A stretch of 61,513 nt of DNA, counting the filler, from Globobulimina sp. (Eukaryota), in the NCBI GenBank assembly GCA_003354225.1. It is 23 parts of 23 records of this genome, joined end to end, with 100 filler letters (N's around TTAATTAATTAA, not from the genome) between each part and the next. Parts side by side here need not be neighbours in the genome. Positions count along the whole stretch, not along the records: positions 58,938 to 61,513 come from PIVH01005898.1; 22 more parts are not named here. One strand, 5' to 3'. The stretch's first letter is position 1; every line of letters starts with the position of its first letter. Below the pieces are notes generated by a model. It was not told the DNA's origin, did no database searches, and worked only from the letters and a program-made list of their open reading frames with translations. Made by a program: the position numbers and the translations under genes. This document shows positions 58,838-61,513 of this stretch, piece by piece.

Positions 58838-59053
58838 NNNNNNNNNNNNNNNNNNNNNNNNNNNNNNNNNNNNNNNNNNNNTTAATTAATTAANNNNNNN
58901 NNNNNNNNNNNNNNNNNNNNNNNNNNNNNNNNNNNNNGAAACAGACACAAAAACTGAAAACAAACATTGAAATGTTATAAAAGAAAGAATTCGAAAAAAT
59001 AAACAAACAAAACTTATACACCAAACAACAAAAAAAAAGACGGATGTTCTACA

Positions 59054-61512
59054 CTACAAAATGGCACAGCTCATACATTGATTTTTGTTCCCTTTTGGTG
59101 CATCCACATACTCATTCTCATTATTCTCAACATCGACATTTTTATGTATCTCTTCCACTTTCTGTACATGTTTGATTTCATGCACATGAATGTCACTATG
59201 CGACACCGAACTTTCTGTAGCTTCCACATCTTCCTCCTCCTCCTCCTCCTCTTCCTCCTCCTTCTTTTGAAGCAATTTATATTTATCATTATGCGAATCA
59301 TAATGATGTCCAATCGAAGAGCCGCCGGACTCCGAACCCATTGACTTATCCTTCAGTTTCTGTGCAGCACTATTTAGGTTTTTGCAGCTGTAATATTGCG
59401 GAATAAACGCATTCAAGCCATATTTCTCTTTATTATCACGCATAGTTTGCGCAAATTTATTGATCTCATTATCCGATGGAATGGCCGTCAATTTATGGAT
59501 GATATCATTGTGATCATTGTCAGTCTGCTTAGATATAATATTTATAAATTTTTTGAATGAATAATATTGTTTAATTTTCTTCAATACATCGATAATTTCA
59601 TGCTGTTGTTGCTCATTGGATGAAAATGGAAATTTACTCAACGATTTCTGGAAATCTTTTGTGATTTTCACATCTTTGTATTTATCATCGTTGGGTGGCC
59701 GACCAATATGCCGCAAGGAATCCGCATTGATTTCGTCTTGGTTTGGTACAAAACTCGGGATTAAATTGCCAGATTCTAACAGGCCAAAATCAATTTTATT
59801 AGCAAACCAGGGATGGCCTTTGATTTCGTTGATATCCGACAAGCGAAATTTGGGATTTTTGCACATTAATCCTTTCAATAATGACCGCGCCGACGGTGTG
59901 AAATATCGATCTGGATATTCAGGCTCAATTTCGACCACGTTTTTGTCCAATTCATTGCCGGTTCGATGCCCTCCACGGCCATGCTTGCCCTTTGCATCGG
60001 GCTTTTTACGCACATCCTCAGCACCACCAACACCGCCACTCTTCTTGACTTGTTTGTGTTTGGTTTTAATCTGAAACGGTTTCCGCCCACTTAAAAATCT
60101 AACAAGTATAGTGGAATATGTATGGAATTTAAGTGTGTGTGTGCATTATGGCATGGTTGTCATGGTTATTATTAGTTTTCACTCAAACTCTTAAGTAAGT
60201 CACTTAAATAAAACAATGTCAGCTTTGCCAAATGCAAACAAGCACACTTGAAACATCCATACACATTGACATACCTATAAATCATGACCCCAAAGCTAAA
60301 AAAATCAGCTTTCTTATGATAACTTTGTTGCAAACACACTTCCGGCGCAGTGTAGCCAGGCGTACCCGCATAGCCTCGTACTTTCTTCACACTCTTGACG
60401 GCCAGGCCCAAGTCAGATATCTTGCAATGGCCGCCACTGTCCAACAACACATTTTCTAATTTAATGTCCCGATAAATGATCCCTTTGCTGTGTATATGCT
60501 GCAAACCCAACAGCACCGACGCTGCATAAAAGCGTGACTTTTCTATATTAAATCTGCCCTCTTTGTTCAAATGAAACTTCAAATCGCCGCCAACCATCAA
60601 ATCAATCACCAAATACAAAGTATTCGCATCCATCACTGCATATTTCAAGCCTGTGACAAAATTGCTATTCATCAAACTCAAGAAATTCCTTTCACTCATT
60701 ATAGTTTCTACGCTGTCGGTGGCCATGACGCGTTTTTTGTTGATGCACTTCATGGCGTATATATAGCCCGTATTTCTTTTGATCACTGCATTGACAAAAC
60801 CAAAGGCACCGCGGCCTAAAACGCGCAACGTCACAAAGGAGTCGATGGAGAGCTTGGACTGTTGCTGTATGTAACACATACATTGGATATATAACTTATA
60901 CAATGCGTGTTTTATGAATAAAGGGAAGATATTTACTTCCAAATCGCGCAAAACAACGCTTAAAATATCATCGAATATATCGTCTCGAATGCTGTGGTTA
61001 TTTATGCGAATGTGGCAGATATCGATGACATCCCCGTAGACATCGAGCGCGTTTTTGTGTTTATGGTCGCGATCGCAATTACGCTCTCTTTGTTGTGTAT
61101 GCGATTCTGAAGCCAATTGGAAATATTTATTGTATCCTTGCACTTGCAGCGAGCCATCCATATCGATGGATTTGTTGTCTTCAGACTCATAGGAATGATG
61201 GGACTGGCCATGGCTCTGTGGGCCCATATGGCTGGTCCTTTTGCTGTGGTTTGGGTTGGTTTCAAATACGGACACGCCGCGGTAGAAGTTGTTGGGGGTT
61301 GGAAAGGGGTGGCAATATTTCAAATATATCTTTTTCGAGATGTGTATGCGCGCAGAGGGGTCGGTCAATGATTTGTACAGTTTGACATCAGAGACAAACA
61401 CTGCTTTGTCGTCGTTGCAATTCAAAACTAAAAAACATTTAATTAAATAGTAGCCCAATGGTTCGGAGAAGACTTTGGTGAATTCAATGTCGTTTTTGTT
61501 TTGCGATTTTAG
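59054..61512 (-). CDS. GRK: G protein-coupled receptor kinase-like (RGS-homology + AGC kinase + CaaX), 5'-truncated
   Basis: FTKVFSEPLGYYL (RH start), LGRGAFG, YAMK, GGDLKFHL, YRDIKLEN, ISDLGLA (the DLG typical of GRKs) and AGTPGYTAPE. A 176-nt intron (60274-60099) gives YR|FLSGRKPF. Ends CAIL*. Confidence 0.9.
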
Positions 61513-61513
61513 G

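Noticed and set aside
2582-58937. Regularly spaced TTAATTAATTAA motifs resembling an array
   Set aside because: Artificial six-frame-stop linkers between length-sorted contigs. ORFs running into X residues and any cross-linker gene clusters are not biological.

Overview
This is not one locus. It is 23 unrelated contigs of 2576-2581 bp, sorted by length and joined by 22 artificial 100-bp linkers (44 N + TTAATTAATTAA + 44 N), so nothing can be inferred from neighbourhood across a linker. Most contigs are AT-rich eukaryotic DNA with short spliceosomal introns (46-176 nt) that the bacterial-style ORF track does not join. The gene content (a beta2-type tubulin, 7TM/RGS/GRK signalling, ART-like and SAM-coiled coil-FN3 proteins) points to a foraminiferan; this is an inference. 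Recognisable genes are a Vtc4-type polyphosphate polymerase, GCP5, a GT47 exostosin, BCP1/BCCIP, a GRK, and PUB, TLDc, myosin-TH1 and F-box proteins. Mobile DNA includes the 3' end of a Ty3/Gypsy element (integrase, PPT, LTR), two non-LTR element fragments and a foldback MITE. One contig (PilZ protein) and one contig end (SF1 helicase) look prokaryotic. The most striking item is an 87-nt gene at 26586-26672 (-) with the full eukaryotic tRNA-Sec architecture but anticodon UCG, which reads the Arg codon CGA, instead of UCA. All family assignments are by motif recognition from memory; no searches were run.
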